The notes beneath the pieces are model-generated. The model did no database searches. It worked only from the letters and a program-made list of their open reading frames with translations, and was not told the DNA's origin. Shown piece by piece: positions 41,550 through 53,344 of a DNA stretch of 64,000 bases (its first letter is position 1; the number at the start of each line of letters is the position of its first letter). The translations under genes were made by a program, and so were the position numbers. Source of the DNA: the human T2T-CHM13v2.0 reference genome, Homo sapiens; assembly GCF_009914755.1 (NCBI RefSeq), contig NC_060934.1; one strand, given 5' to 3'.

Positions 41550-41692
41550 CCTTCCTTCCTGCCTTCCTGCCTTCCTTCCGTCTTGCCTGCCTGCCTGCCT
41601 GCCTACCTGCCTTCTTTCCTTCTTGCCTCCTTTCCTTCTTGCCTCCTTTCCTTCCTGCCCACCTGCCTTCCTGCCTTCTTGCCTTCCTTCCC
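41550..41692. repeat. Compound (CCTT)/(CCTG) repeat in an Alu tail
   Basis: Read directly. Confidence 0.9.
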
Positions 41693-42114
<422 letters not shown>

Positions 42115-42317
42115 TGAAAATAGGTTTTCTCTGATTATAAAAATAATGTCTACTTAGTATAGAAAAAAAAGATAATTATATAGTGAGATCACCACTGTTA
42201 AGACTGGGGACTAGTTCTATGCGTGTGTGTGGATCATACTATGAAACTTGAACTCACATTAGTACCAGAATAGACTCTGAGAAGGGATAAGAACCGCACT
42301 TGAGAGGATTGTCTATT

Positions 42318-42485
42318 GTTATTTATTTATATTTTTGAGACAGGGTCTCACTCTGTCACCCAAGTTGGAGTGCAGTGTACTGATCATATAGCTCACTGCA
42401 GCCTCCAACTCCTGGGCTCAAGCCATCCTCTTGCCTCCGCCTCCCAAGTAGCTGGTACTACAGGTGTGTACTACTGTGTCCAACT
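42318..42485 (-). mobile_element. AluJ right arm / FRAM
   Basis: Right monomer only, with a short T-rich tail. Confidence 0.82.
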
Positions 42486-42598
42486 ACAGATTGTTAGTTT
42501 TTTTAAAAAAAAATTCCTCAAAGTAGTTTCTTCTTGAAAATCTTGGGCTTTTACAGACTTCTAATTTCATAATTTCAGTTGTGGCTTTCAGGGCTCTT

Positions 42599-42781
42599 AA
42601 ACGAGAATTTAATGCTCATGAACGTGTCATTAAAAATAGCTACTAATCTATTTAATGAGTAATTCATATCAATTGATGAGAAATTCAAAAATAATATAGC
42701 AGAAAGTGATAAATGCACAATCCACAATCTCCCAGATATTGTAAGTTTACATTCTTCCAGAGTTTTTTGGATGCATGTATT
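42599..42781 (+). repeat. Copy A of ~183-bp dispersed direct repeat
   Basis: Aligns with 43847-44028. Confidence 0.9.
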
Positions 42782-43272
42782 TAAATTGGGGATATATGTA
42801 TATATTTTATGCAAAATGACTTCATATTATTTGCATTGTTCAGTAGCTTATTTTCCTGATTAAGTTGAATACTGTGAACCCTTTTCTATTTTGTTCAACA
42901 GAATTTTTTCTCCTAGCGTTTGCTATGGCAGGATACTATTTGATTTTGTAGTAGTACCATAGTTTAAATACTTTTTTATTATAAAAATTGTGTTGTTTTA
43001 ATTTTTTCATTATTAAAAGTAGTGCAATGGTGAGCATTGGTGTCAGATTATTGCCTGAAGATATCTTTTTAGAATTTGAATTTTTCAGCATTAACAATGT
43101 GAATACTTTTCAAGCTTTTGTTACATATTGCCAACTTTTCCTCCTAGAACAATGGACCAGTTTAGATCACCACTGCGTTTTCCATCACATCTTGATCAAC
43201 ACTGGATGTTATTCCTTGAGATCTTTGCATGTTTACTAGGCAAAGAAAAGTGATTGTTGGTTTTAAGTTGTT
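42645..43272 (-). mobile_element. Very old L1ME-like 3' fragment
   Basis: TACATATTGCCAACTTTTCCTCC..ACCAGTTTA..CACATCTTGATCAACACTGG. Confidence 0.55.
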
Positions 43273-43846
43273 TCCCGACACCCTGGGCACCTTGAAGATA
43301 CTGTGTTTTTAGACAGTTGAGTTCATAAGTATGTACGGAAAGCCCGTAAGCAAATGCTGTTAATCTTCAGCACTTGAATGATGATCTCACAGAGTTTGGA
43401 CAGGCACTGGGGATGTGCTATGGACAAAGAAGCAAGGAGCTGATTCTCTTACCCCCGAAGCCCTTCATGGGTGGAGCTCCTTGAGACCCCTGGCTAAATT
43501 TAGCTCATGTCCGCATCCTCTGCGTGCTCTCAATAAACACTATCAGAAAGGGACATGCTCTCTGGGATTTGCACCTATGACCCACAGGCAAGGAGATTCA
43601 TCCAGTAATACAGATACAATAACGTAGGTTTTCTCAGATACAGAGGGTTCAAGAACATGATGGCACAGGGGTCGCTTCCAGTCCCTCAGTGTATTCCCTT
43701 CAGTTACTATTCCAAGAGGAGAGGACCCAGTCCCCCACCTGTCATGTATTCTCCACCCACCCTGCCCCGAGAGTGACCCTTCTGTGTAAGAAGACTTGGA
43801 GGGAATGGTCATGGGAGACGTCCTGGAAGAGGCAAACAATTGCTTC

Positions 43847-44028
43847 AAACAAGAATTGAATGCTCATAGCATGCTGTTAAAAATAGTTACTAATTTATTT
43901 AATGAGTAATTCCTATTCATTGAGGAGAAACTAAAAAATAAATATAGCAAAAAGTAGCAAATGCCCAATCCACAACCTCCCAGATATTGTACTTTGATGT
44001 TCTTCCAGACTTTTGGGATGCATATATT
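43847..44028 (+). repeat. Copy B of ~183-bp dispersed direct repeat
   Basis: Aligns with 42599-42781. Confidence 0.9.
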
Positions 44029-44099
44029 GATTTATGTCCTACTGAAACCTCATGATGGAATTTGATCGAATTTATTCAGGCCAAGGGTTTGAGAAGGTG

Positions 44100-44522
44100 G
44101 TAGCAGTAGGAGTGATGGGAAGTGGAGAGATGGGGAAACTATTTCAAGCAGCATGAAGAGTTCAAGAAACTCCAGGTTAGGTGTTGACAAGGGAAGGGCA
44201 GGAAAGATAAGATGAGTCTGTATCAGCAAAGGTCTTGAAGCCATATTAGGAGTTTGCTCCAAGGGCAATGGGAAACTAGAAAAGGGTTTTAAGCAGAGGT
44301 GTGATATCATTAGATTTGGTTTTGAAAGATCATCTCCTGACAGAGCAGAGAATGCATGGGAAACGCGCAAGCTGTGAGTAGGCTGCCTTAGAAGGTTACA
44401 GTAAACCAGGTGCGGGACAATGATGACGTCAGGAACTGGGAGAGTGAAAATGGAGGAGAAGGAAAATAAATGGATTCAAACAATATTAGGAGGAAGAAAC
44501 AGACAGGACTCAGTAGCTGGAT
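44100..44522 (-). mobile_element. L2 fragment
   Basis: GGGCAATGGGAAAC..GGTTTTAAGCAG..AGATTTGGTTTTGAAAGATCA. Confidence 0.75.
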
Positions 44523-44529
44523 ATTTACT

Positions 44530-44700
44530 AAGTGCTTTTATGTTTCTTTTCTCCTTTGACAATTGGAATAACCCTGTAGATAAATAGGGTAGCCATTCCT
44601 ATCTATATTTTATGAATGAAAATACTGAGATTCAGAGAAGCTAAAGGATTTGTCCCATGACACAGAGCTGGGGAAGGAACTAGAACTTGACACCAGCTGC
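44530..44700 (-). mobile_element. MIR
   Basis: ATTTTATGAATGAAAATACTGAGATTCAGAGAAGCTAAAGGATTTGTCCCATGACACAGAG. Confidence 0.72.
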
Positions 44701-44790
44701 CCCCCCTGTATTGCTGCTTTTGCAGCCCTGTGCTTCTTGTTTCAGTGATTGATGAAGGTGGGAAGAAGATCAAAACACCTGTACATCTAG

Positions 44791-45340
44791 TTTTTTTTTC
44801 TTTCTTATTTTTTTCCATAAGTTATTGGGGTACAGGTGGTATTTGGTTACATGAGTAAGTTGTTTAGTGGTGATTTGTGAAATTTTGGTACACCATCACC
44901 TGAGCATTATATACTGTACCCTATTTGTAGTCTTTTATCCCTCACCGCTTCCCACCCTTCTCCACAAGTCCCCAAAGTCCACTGTAGCATTCTTATGCCT
45001 TTTTGTCCTCATAGCTGAGCTCCCACATATCAGTGAGAACATACAATGTTTGAGTTTCCATTCCTGAGTTACTTCGCTGAGAATAATAGTCTCTAATCTC
45101 ATCCAGGTCACTGCAAATGCTGTTAATTCATTCCTTTTTATGGCTGAGTAGTATTCCATTGTATAAATATACCACAGTTTTTTTATGCACTCATTGATTC
45201 ATGGACATTTGTGTTGGTTCCATATTTTTGCAGTTACAAATTGTGCTGCTATAAACATGCGTGTGCAAGTGTCTTTTTCATATAATGTCTTCTTTTCCTC
45301 TGGGTAGATACCCATTAGTGGGATTGCTGGGTCAAATGGT
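44791..45340 (-). mobile_element. L1PB1-like 3' end including the ORF2 C-terminal remnant
   Basis: ORF 44935-45159(-) MEYYSAIKRNE..WMRLETIILSEVTQEWK is L1 ORF2-end-like. The 3' UTR matches L1PB. Confidence 0.9.
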
Positions 45341-45699
45341 GATGTCCACAGTGGTAAAAAGGACTAAAGTGTGCCCTCATATCAATATAAGGTACAAGTG
45401 AAATGGAAAGACTTGAGGCAGGAATCTAGGATGCTAGATAAGTGAATCCTGAAAAAATCGTCTCCTCTGATCTCCAGCAAATGCAGAGGCAACAAGAACA
45501 AGGCCAGACAAAGGTACAGTCTGTTGTTTGGTATAGCTTTGGATCAAAGCACCAGTGGATTTCATCACCTGAACCTTCAAGGATTCTTTGTCTGTACCAG
45601 GCAGGCCTGAGTGGCATCAGACTTACGTTCATTCATTCATTCATTCATGTATTATAATTCATTGAAGTGAAATTTATGTAACATACAATTAATCATTTT

Positions 45700-45866
45700 A
45701 TTTTTATTTTAATTAATTATTTTAGAGACAGGGTCTCCCTTTGTCACCCAGGCTGGGGTCCAGTGGTGTGATCATGGCTGACTGTAGCCGCCAACTCCTG
45801 GGCTCAAGTGATCCTCCTGCCTTAGCCTCACAAAGCACTGGTATTACAGGTATGAGCCACCACCTG
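45700..45866 (-). mobile_element. Monomeric Alu (FRAM/FLAM-type)
   Basis: Single monomer with TAA(T/C)CATTTTA on both sides. Confidence 0.8.
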
Positions 45867-46397
45867 TAACCATTTTAAAGTGGACAATTCAGTGGCATTA
45901 AATACATTCACGATGTTGTGTAACTACTCTCTCTTTCTAGTTCCAACACATTTCCGCCACACCTAAGTAAAATTCCTTACCCATTAAGCAATTTCTTCCT
46001 ATCCTTCCCATCCCCCAGGCCCTGGCAACCACCAATCTGTGTTCTGTCTCTATGGATTTATTTATCCTGGGTATTTCATATAAATGAAATTAGACAACAT
46101 GTAACCTTTTGTGTCTGGCTTCTTTTATGTAGCGTAATTTTTTAAAGGACCACCCACATTGCAGCCATACTTCATTCTTCTTTATGACTGAATGATATTT
46201 TATAGTATTATCATCATAATATTTGTGTGCCACAAATTATCCATTCATCCACTGATGGACATGGGCTGTTTTTGCCTTTTGGCTATTGTGAATTGAGCTG
46301 CTATGAACATTTATGTATCTGTACTTGTTTGAGTCCCTGTTTTCAATCCTTTTGGATATATACGTAGAAATAGAATTGCAGGGTCATGTGATAATTC

Positions 46398-46590
46398 TTT
46401 ATTTACAATTCATATATAATTGTACATATTTATGGGGTACATGTGATGTTTTGATACATTTGAATACAATGTATAATGATCAAATCAGGGTAATTAGCAT
46501 ATCCATCACCTCAAACATTTGTCATTTGTTTGTGTTGGGAACATTTCAAATCTTCTCTTCTAGCTATTTTGAAATATATAATAAATTATA
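46398..46590 (-). mobile_element. L1MA 3' end nested in L1MB
   Basis: TTGTACATATTTATGGGGTACATGTGAT..CAAATCAGGGTAATTAGCATATCCATCACCTCAAAC. Confidence 0.85.
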
Positions 46591-47120
46591 TAATAATCCT
46601 GTGTGTAACTTTTTGAGAAAGTGTCAAGCTTTTTTTTTTTTACAGTGATTGAATCATTATACATTTTCCCCAGCAATAAACAAGCATTCCAATTTCTCCA
46701 CATTTTTGCCAACACTTATTATTTTCTAGTTTTTCGATTATAGCCATCCTGTGGGTGTGAAGTGCAGGTGGCTTCTTTTTATTAGGCCATTCCTGGTTTC
46801 CACTCAAGGAAAAGGCCCTTTTAATGTAGAAGGAAAACCAGGCCCACCTTATTATGCTAGCTATTAGAAAAGAAATCTCCAAGGAGATAGATTCCAGAAG
46901 GGCCTCTGCAGGGCAGTACTCCCTTCTGGAACCCAAGGCTTTACTCTCTTGGCCAGCATCTGAGCTCCCCACTCTAGTGTGGTGGGTTGATGTGTGTTTT
47001 ACCTCTGAGGGGCTCACTACAGCCCTCTCTCCTTGAAGATGGAGTGAGCTGGTGGGCTATGGAGGAGTGCTTGTAGAAAGGAAACTAAAGCTTTCTGGAC
47101 AAACAGATAAACTCCTAGAT

Positions 47121-47440
47121 CCATTCATTTATTCAGTAAATATGTATGCATCCTGATTATATGCTGGGTACTCCTCTGGGTGCTCATGAAGCATCAGTCA
47201 CTCAAACACATGAAGCTTGTTGCTTTTGTGAGCTTCCATTCTGCAGGGGAAGATAGACATTGAGCAATAAGCTTAATAAATACATCCTATGGTATGTTAG
47301 GAGGTGATAAGTGCTACAGAAAAAAATAAAAAGAAAAAGTAGACCAGGATAGAAAGCTTCTGGAGTATTGGGTTGGGGAAAGTGGGGTAGACCTTTTGGA
47401 GAAGCTGTGGTGTGAGCACAGTCTGGAAGGAGTTGAGTAT
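47121..47440 (-). mobile_element. L2a 3' end
   Basis: CATTCATTTATTCAGTAAATAT..GAGCTTCCATTCT..GGTGATAAGTGCTA. Confidence 0.7.
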
Positions 47441-49349
47441 GAAGGATTCTCTCAATCAGAGTTTATCCAGACAGAGATGCCCCATGCCTCTGAGCTCACT
47501 GCTGTGGTTCCTTTCCTGTCATCTGAGTCCCTGCTCTTCCAGGTTTTCACAGTCATCTCTTGATGTTCATCTGTCTCCTTCACTTTGCTCAATACACTAA
47601 GATGTCTTTGCAGTTGCAACTGGTTAATGAATGACGGTGAAAATTAGGCCCCTAGGGCTGTCAGCAACTCCAGGCCCCCCAGCTGAAGGAAGCCAGGTGG
47701 GAGTGAACCAAATCTTCCCAATTTACCTGACAATGAGACTCAAAGTTGTAAAGACTGTAGGCTATAGCTCAGTTTGTCAGGGATTCTAGAATCTTCTAGA
47801 AGGGGCTTCTAGAAGATTCTGGACATCTTTATAGCTCAGACAATTTGTAATTATCAGGTACCCCATGGGCTTCTGGTGTTGTGCCCTGAGGGCAACCAAC
47901 AAAGGCTTTAAGTTTATCAGGTTCCTCTCTGTGATGTCCTCTTTTAAATCAGACCTGTTCATTCTGGGACAGGCAATCACAGCTGAGGCAATAGATGGGT
48001 GTGGGGGAGATATATTTTGTTTAGTGTCTCCTATTAGAAGATTTTCACTTGAAAGATGAGAATTGGAGTCTTTTTGTCCCTGAGAAAATATCCAGATTCA
48101 ACCTTATCTTTGCAGGCCTTTTACAAAATTCTGTGCTGAAGTCTGTGTTTTATGAAACGAACATTCCTACAATTATGTTTTTAGCAGTTCCAGTCATGTG
48201 ACATGGAATACAGTTTCGACATCATGATGTCCATTCACTTTATAGTGATGTTGATTTCCAGTTTCTCAGAAGATTCATTTCAGAAATAAGAATTGCTCTG
48301 GTTTCAAACTTTTAGCTCTAAATTCAGCATTTGGAGACCTTCAATGAGGCTGATTCTTAGGATGTGTATGGTCTCAAATTTTTTTTCCTTAGAGTTTAAA
48401 AATATATGACCAAGTATAATGAAGATATGGCATTTCTTTAAATATCCAGCTACTGCAAAGGAGAGTTTAAGATGACCTCAGGAATGCTTTCCCAAAATGT
48501 AATGGGCTTTGCTCTTTTTCACTCCAGCTATTTTAGGCAGTCATTAAACAGTTGTTAGCAGTTTAGTAAGTTTATATAAAAGTGCATATTTTGAGGCTTT
48601 ACATGCCACAGGAGAAGTTCCAATGTAAACAGAGGAAGACAGAATCAGTGCTTCAAACGGAAGCGCCCAGCACTATATTCTCATACCAGTTGAGGAAATG
48701 CTTACACATACAAGCCCATCAACACACATTGACCCACCCCAGCTATCAGAGAGGTTCTGGGATAATTGATCTCTCAGGGGGTATCAAGTGGGACCAATCA
48801 GGCGAGATCCCAGTTCTAGTTCTGGGTGGGTCAACGAGATTCACTTTGTGCTGGGGTTACAGATTGTGTCTCAGCTTTTGGTAAATGTCTCATAAATGCA
48901 TTCCACTCATCAAGAGAGCGTGGATTATGAGCTCCTGGCTCTCGGCCAGAGAGATGCGCAGCAATGCTGGGATGCACGTGCCAAGAATGTTCTCTGTTCT
49001 TTAGACTGTTCAGACTGTCGGTGCCTGACCAGGCAGAGATGGCTCTTTGTCACTGTGATACCTGCATTCGTTGATAAGTGGTGGGGCTCACCCCTCAATC
49101 TGTGGACTGGTTCTGACACTGGTCCATTTCTCCTTGAGTTGTTGCAGAAGAAGAAAAAAAGCAGTAAAAGCTGTCGCTTTCTGTGTAATGTCTATGAACT
49201 TGCATTTGTCATCAGAGTCAACTCTTTGGTACAGAGCATACTCTTCTTTGTTTCATTAATTAAAATGCATCTGTAGTCTTCAAAACAAGCTTTTATCTGG
49301 ATCTCTGTGATTCCTTTTTAAAATTCTTTATTTCTCTCTCTGTGAATCT

Positions 49350-49610
49350 CAGCAGCAATAGTAACCCTAGTGATGGCCAGCACTGAGCACTTACTATGTC
49401 CCCAGGCTCTGTTTTGCATGAGCTTTACACATATTAACTCATTTGATCCACAACGTATCCCTGCCAAAAGGAAGCTAATATTATTATTACTATTCTTATT
49501 TTACAGATGTGACACAGAGATTAAGTAAATTGCTTATAATTACATGGCTTGTAACTGTGGGGTTTGTACCCACTATGTGGCTTCAAAGTTGACTTTAACC
49601 GACACTACTA
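49350..49610 (-). mobile_element. MIR
   Basis: CTGAGCACTTACTATGT..CATATTAACTCATTT..ATTTTACAGATG. Confidence 0.78.
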
Positions 49611-49652
49611 AGCTGTTTAACAATACAATGGCAGCACCACCACCAACAAAAC

Positions 49653-49975
49653 TTTTTTTTTTTTTTTTTGAGACAGGGTCTTGCTCTGTTGCCCAGGCTG
49701 GAGTGCAGTGGCCTGATCATGGCTCATTGCAGCAGCCTGGTCATGGCTCATTGCAGCCTCCACCTCCTGGACTCAAGTGATCCTCTTACCTCAGCCTCCC
49801 GAGTAGCTGGGACTACAGGGGTGCTCCAGCATGCCTGGCTAAATTTTTGAATTTTTTGTAGAGAAGGGGCTTTGCCATGTTCCCCAGGCTAGTCTCGAAG
49901 TCCTGGACTCCAGTGATCTGTCCACCTCAACCTCCCGAAGTGATGGGATTACAGGTATGAGCCACTGCACTGGCC
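49653..49975 (-). mobile_element. AluJ with internal 24-bp-period duplication
   Basis: Poly(T) plus dimer with J diagnostics. Confidence 0.9.
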
Positions 49976-50319
49976 AAAGAAACATTTTTGACTGCTCCCT
50001 GTGTGCCAATCACTTACTGATGCAAGACTTAACTTTTATCACATCTATTCATTTCACTGGTGTCTAAAACAAACTCATCTTCCTTCCAAAGGGGGTTATC
50101 TTTTTCTTTAATGCCATCACTGTGACTGAAATGCCTTTTGTGTGTGTGAACCACTTTCTCCTAAAAGTAATTTAGGGAGACTTTAGAACAATTGTTTTCC
50201 AGGTAACTGGCCTTCAATTACTAGTCAATTTCCTTGTCTTCCTGGATTTTTCAGTGTCTTTTGATCCAGCCCATCCTGAGTTTTTCTTGCTATTGTTGAA
50301 TTCAGGATGCCCTGTTGGG

Positions 50320-50415
50320 CTTCTTTCTCCTCTCCCCTCCTCTCCTCCCCTCTCCTCCCCCTCTTCTCTTCTCTCCTTTTCTCTTCTTCTCTCTGCCTCT
50401 CATTCTCTCTCTTCA
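50320..50415. repeat. CT-rich low-complexity tract
   Basis: Read directly. Confidence 0.85.
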
Positions 50416-50504
50416 CTCCCCATAGGGAACCTCATTATGCCTCTTAGCCCCCTGGGCAGTGCTTCCCTATAATGATCATGACATTGGTTGATAGTTATCA
50501 GATA

Positions 50505-50615
50505 CAGAGCTCTTTGATGGCAGGCCTGTGTTTCGTTCCTCGTCTTGTTCTTCTAGCACCTAGCATTTGGGCCTGGCCCACAGGGAACACTCAGTAAATG
50601 CTTCCTGAATGAGCA
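50505..50615 (+). mobile_element. L2 3' end
   Basis: CTAGCACCTAGCA..GCCTGGCCCACAG..ACTCAGTAAATGCTTCCTGAATGA. Confidence 0.7.
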
Positions 50616-50691
50616 AATCCCTTCCTTCTCATCCTCTCTAGCTCTTGGCCTATAACCTACTCCAGACACTCATTATTATTTCATGCCTAAG

Positions 50692-51215
50692 TTATATCAG
50701 CTAGAATGTTTTTGCCTGCAAGGAACAGAAAATACAACTCAACCTGGCTTAAGCAATAAAGAATTTTATTGGCTGACAGAACTGAAAGTCCAGAGATAAA
50801 GCAGGCCCCAACACAGGCTTAATCCAAGCACCCCAGTGTGTTTCTTTGTGATTCTCCTGGCTCTGTCCTCCTTCAGCCAACAGTGTGATGGTTATAGGAT
50901 TTCAGATCCTCATATTAGGCCACGATGACATCCAAAGTGCATCTTAAGAGGGCGCTTTTCCTGGAAGTTTCTAGGAAACCTCTCTTTGTATTTCATTGTT
51001 AGAATTGGGCCACATGCCGGTTCCTGAACCAATTCCCATAGTCAGAGCATTGCCATGTTCTGAGTAACTTACAGCTGGATTTGTGGACCAGACAAGTGAC
51101 AGGGAGAATGGGATTCCTTTGAGCCAAAAAAACAGTCAGATCAACGTCTCCTGGGGCGTGAGGCCTCTTATGAAGGATGGGTGGACACCTGAAAGAAATG
51201 TGGAGTACTGCTGGA
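50692..51215 (-). mobile_element. Old MLT1 LTR (MLT1J/K/L-like), possibly resuming at ~51745-51785
   Basis: TATCAGCTAGAATG..TGCAAGGAACAGAAAA..CTGGCTTAAGCAATAAAGAATTTTATTGGCT. Confidence 0.72.
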
Positions 51216-51681
51216 AATATATGAGCTTTGCATATATTAACATGTTATTTATATATTTTATAAATTATATATGAATATATATTAATGGTTAATATATAGT
51301 CAATTAATTGTATTATAATCAATATACTTAATTATAATTAACATTATATATTTTGTATATTATATATTAGTAACAATATAAATTTACATAATATACAGAA
51401 AATATACATAAATAATAAATGTTAATGTATGTAACATATTAACTTACATAATTAACATGTAATATATTCATATGACATATATGTAATATATTAATATATA
51501 TTACATATCACACATATTACATGTATGTAATATATTAACATCACATATATTACATATAAGTAATATATTAACATATATTAACTCAAATGAATTAATATTT
51601 GAGTTAATATATGCAATAATATATGTTAATAGTATAATATATATTTAAAGCTCATATGTTCCCAACAGTACCCCATATTTC
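51195..51681. repeat. AT-rich tract bounded by 35-bp inverted repeats
   Basis: Arms 51195-51229 and 51647-51681 are 30/35 complementary. Confidence 0.9.
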
Positions 51682-52544
51682 ATATAGTAGTTGATATATG
51701 TAAAGCTCATACCGGGGGCACCTGGGGGTATATGTAAATCTCATAGGAAGATTCTTGGGGCTAGTAGCCATCAATCTTCACCACGCTGCACTCTGCAAAG
51801 CTTCCTAGTTGGTGCTACTTTTTTGGGCATGCCTTGTTCTGTTCCTTTCCATGGTGTGTCACTGGAGTCATTGCTCTGAAGCATGACATTTATGATATGA
51901 CATTGATGAAAAATGTTAAATGACTCCCCATTGTCTACTGGAAAATAGCCTGACATTCAGACCTCTGTTCAAGCAATCCCATTTTGTTCTTGCAGATTCA
52001 TCTTCCAACCCTCTTGGAAAGTAAAGCTGGGTTTTGGCCAAATTGGTTTTCTACTCATGCTCTGATAATGTATGCCCACACTTTTACTTCCACGCTTTCA
52101 TTTCCTCCACCCAGCATGACTGCTTTCCTTCCCTGTATGTGTCAAAGTTCTAAGCTTGCTTTCAAGATCCACCTTCCATTCTCCCTGACGCATTGCATGA
52201 CCACTCTAGTTTGAATCAATTTACTTCTATTCCAAATATAAATGTAAATATTCCGAATGTTAAAATTCACTCATTAATATAGCATGGCATTCAACTTAGA
52301 TTGTTTTGCAATGTTGGATAATGTCTCATTTAAATTTATCTTTTTTTCAGTCTCCCTAGAAGTAAAATTAGATGCATTCGTGATTCTCCTAATGCCTGAG
52401 TTAGCACCTTGCAACTCATAGGTGCTAATAAGTATGTTGATATGTGTCCGCTGAGAAAAGTACTAGCAAAAAAGCATGATAGGCACATTGAAACTGTGAA
52501 GGTACCATCCAGCTCTTTGAAAATTAGTCTAAAGTAAATAATTA

Positions 52545-53295
52545 GTACAAACATTTACTGAGAAACTACTATGCACAGGCATGGTTCAAGGTTCTAGAAA
52601 TTGCAACAAAGAATATACCAAGTCCCTTCCATCAGTGAGCTTATATTTCTAGTGGAGAGACATACAATAAACAAATTAATATTTAATAAAATGTCATGTA
52701 ATGCCAACTTCTAGGAAGAAAAGCAGAGAAGGGTGAGAGGACATTGGGCTGATATTTTGAAGGTAGGGTGACCAGAGAAGGCTTCTGAGCAAAGTTCTGA
52801 GTAAACCTCCCCGAGATGACATGGGGCAGATGGAACCCCATGAGAAAAAGCCCTGGAGAGAAGTCTTGCTTAGTAGGCTTGAGAGAGAGCCAGAAGGCTA
52901 GCATGGTTGGAGTGCACTGATGGAGAAGGAGTAATAGGAGACAGGATTGTCAAGGGATAAGGGTTTGGATAATGTCAGATCTTATAAGGTATACCAGATG
53001 TTCAGTTTAATTCTAAGTGAAATGAATGCCTTTGATGGACTTTGATTAGGGTAATCATCTGACGTGATATATACTGTAAGATAATTACTTTGTCTTCTGT
53101 ATGGAGAAGAGATTTTGAGGGAGCAAGACTGGAAGGAGGAAAACCAGAGAAGAAGCTATTACAGTACTAATAGTTCAGGCGAAGTGTGATGGTAGCTTGG
53201 TCTAGAACATTGGTGGAGAATTGGGAAGAAGCGGTTGGGATCTGTATACATTTTAAGGTAGAAGCAACCTGTAGAGTTTGCAATGCATTGTATAT
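52545..53295 (-). mobile_element. L2 long fragment
   Basis: AAACATTTACTGAGAAACTACTATG..GAGCTTATATTTCTAGTGG..CATTTTAAGGTAGAAGCAAC. Confidence 0.78.
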
Positions 53296-53296
53296 G

Positions 53297-53300
<4 letters not shown>

Positions 53301-53342
<42 letters not shown>
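53301..53342. repeat. (TG)21 microsatellite
   Basis: Counted directly. Confidence 0.95.

Positions 53343-53344
<2 letters not shown>

Larger units (their letters stand above)
45660..46765 (-). mobile_element. L1MB-like 3' fragment with nested Alu monomer and L1MA piece
   Basis: CCCCAGGCCCTGGCAACCACCAATCTG..TTTTGGCTATTGTGAAT..GGGTGTGAAGTG. Confidence 0.85.

Noticed and set aside
44935-45159. ORF resembling a real protein (MEYYSAIKRNE..)
   Set aside because: Remnant of the L1 ORF2 end in a truncated L1PB; not functional.
51195-51681. Interpretation as a novel MITE/DNA transposon with 35-bp TIRs
   Set aside because: No TSD found, the left arm appears to be host MLT1 sequence, and the interior is low-complexity. 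Templated insertion fits better.
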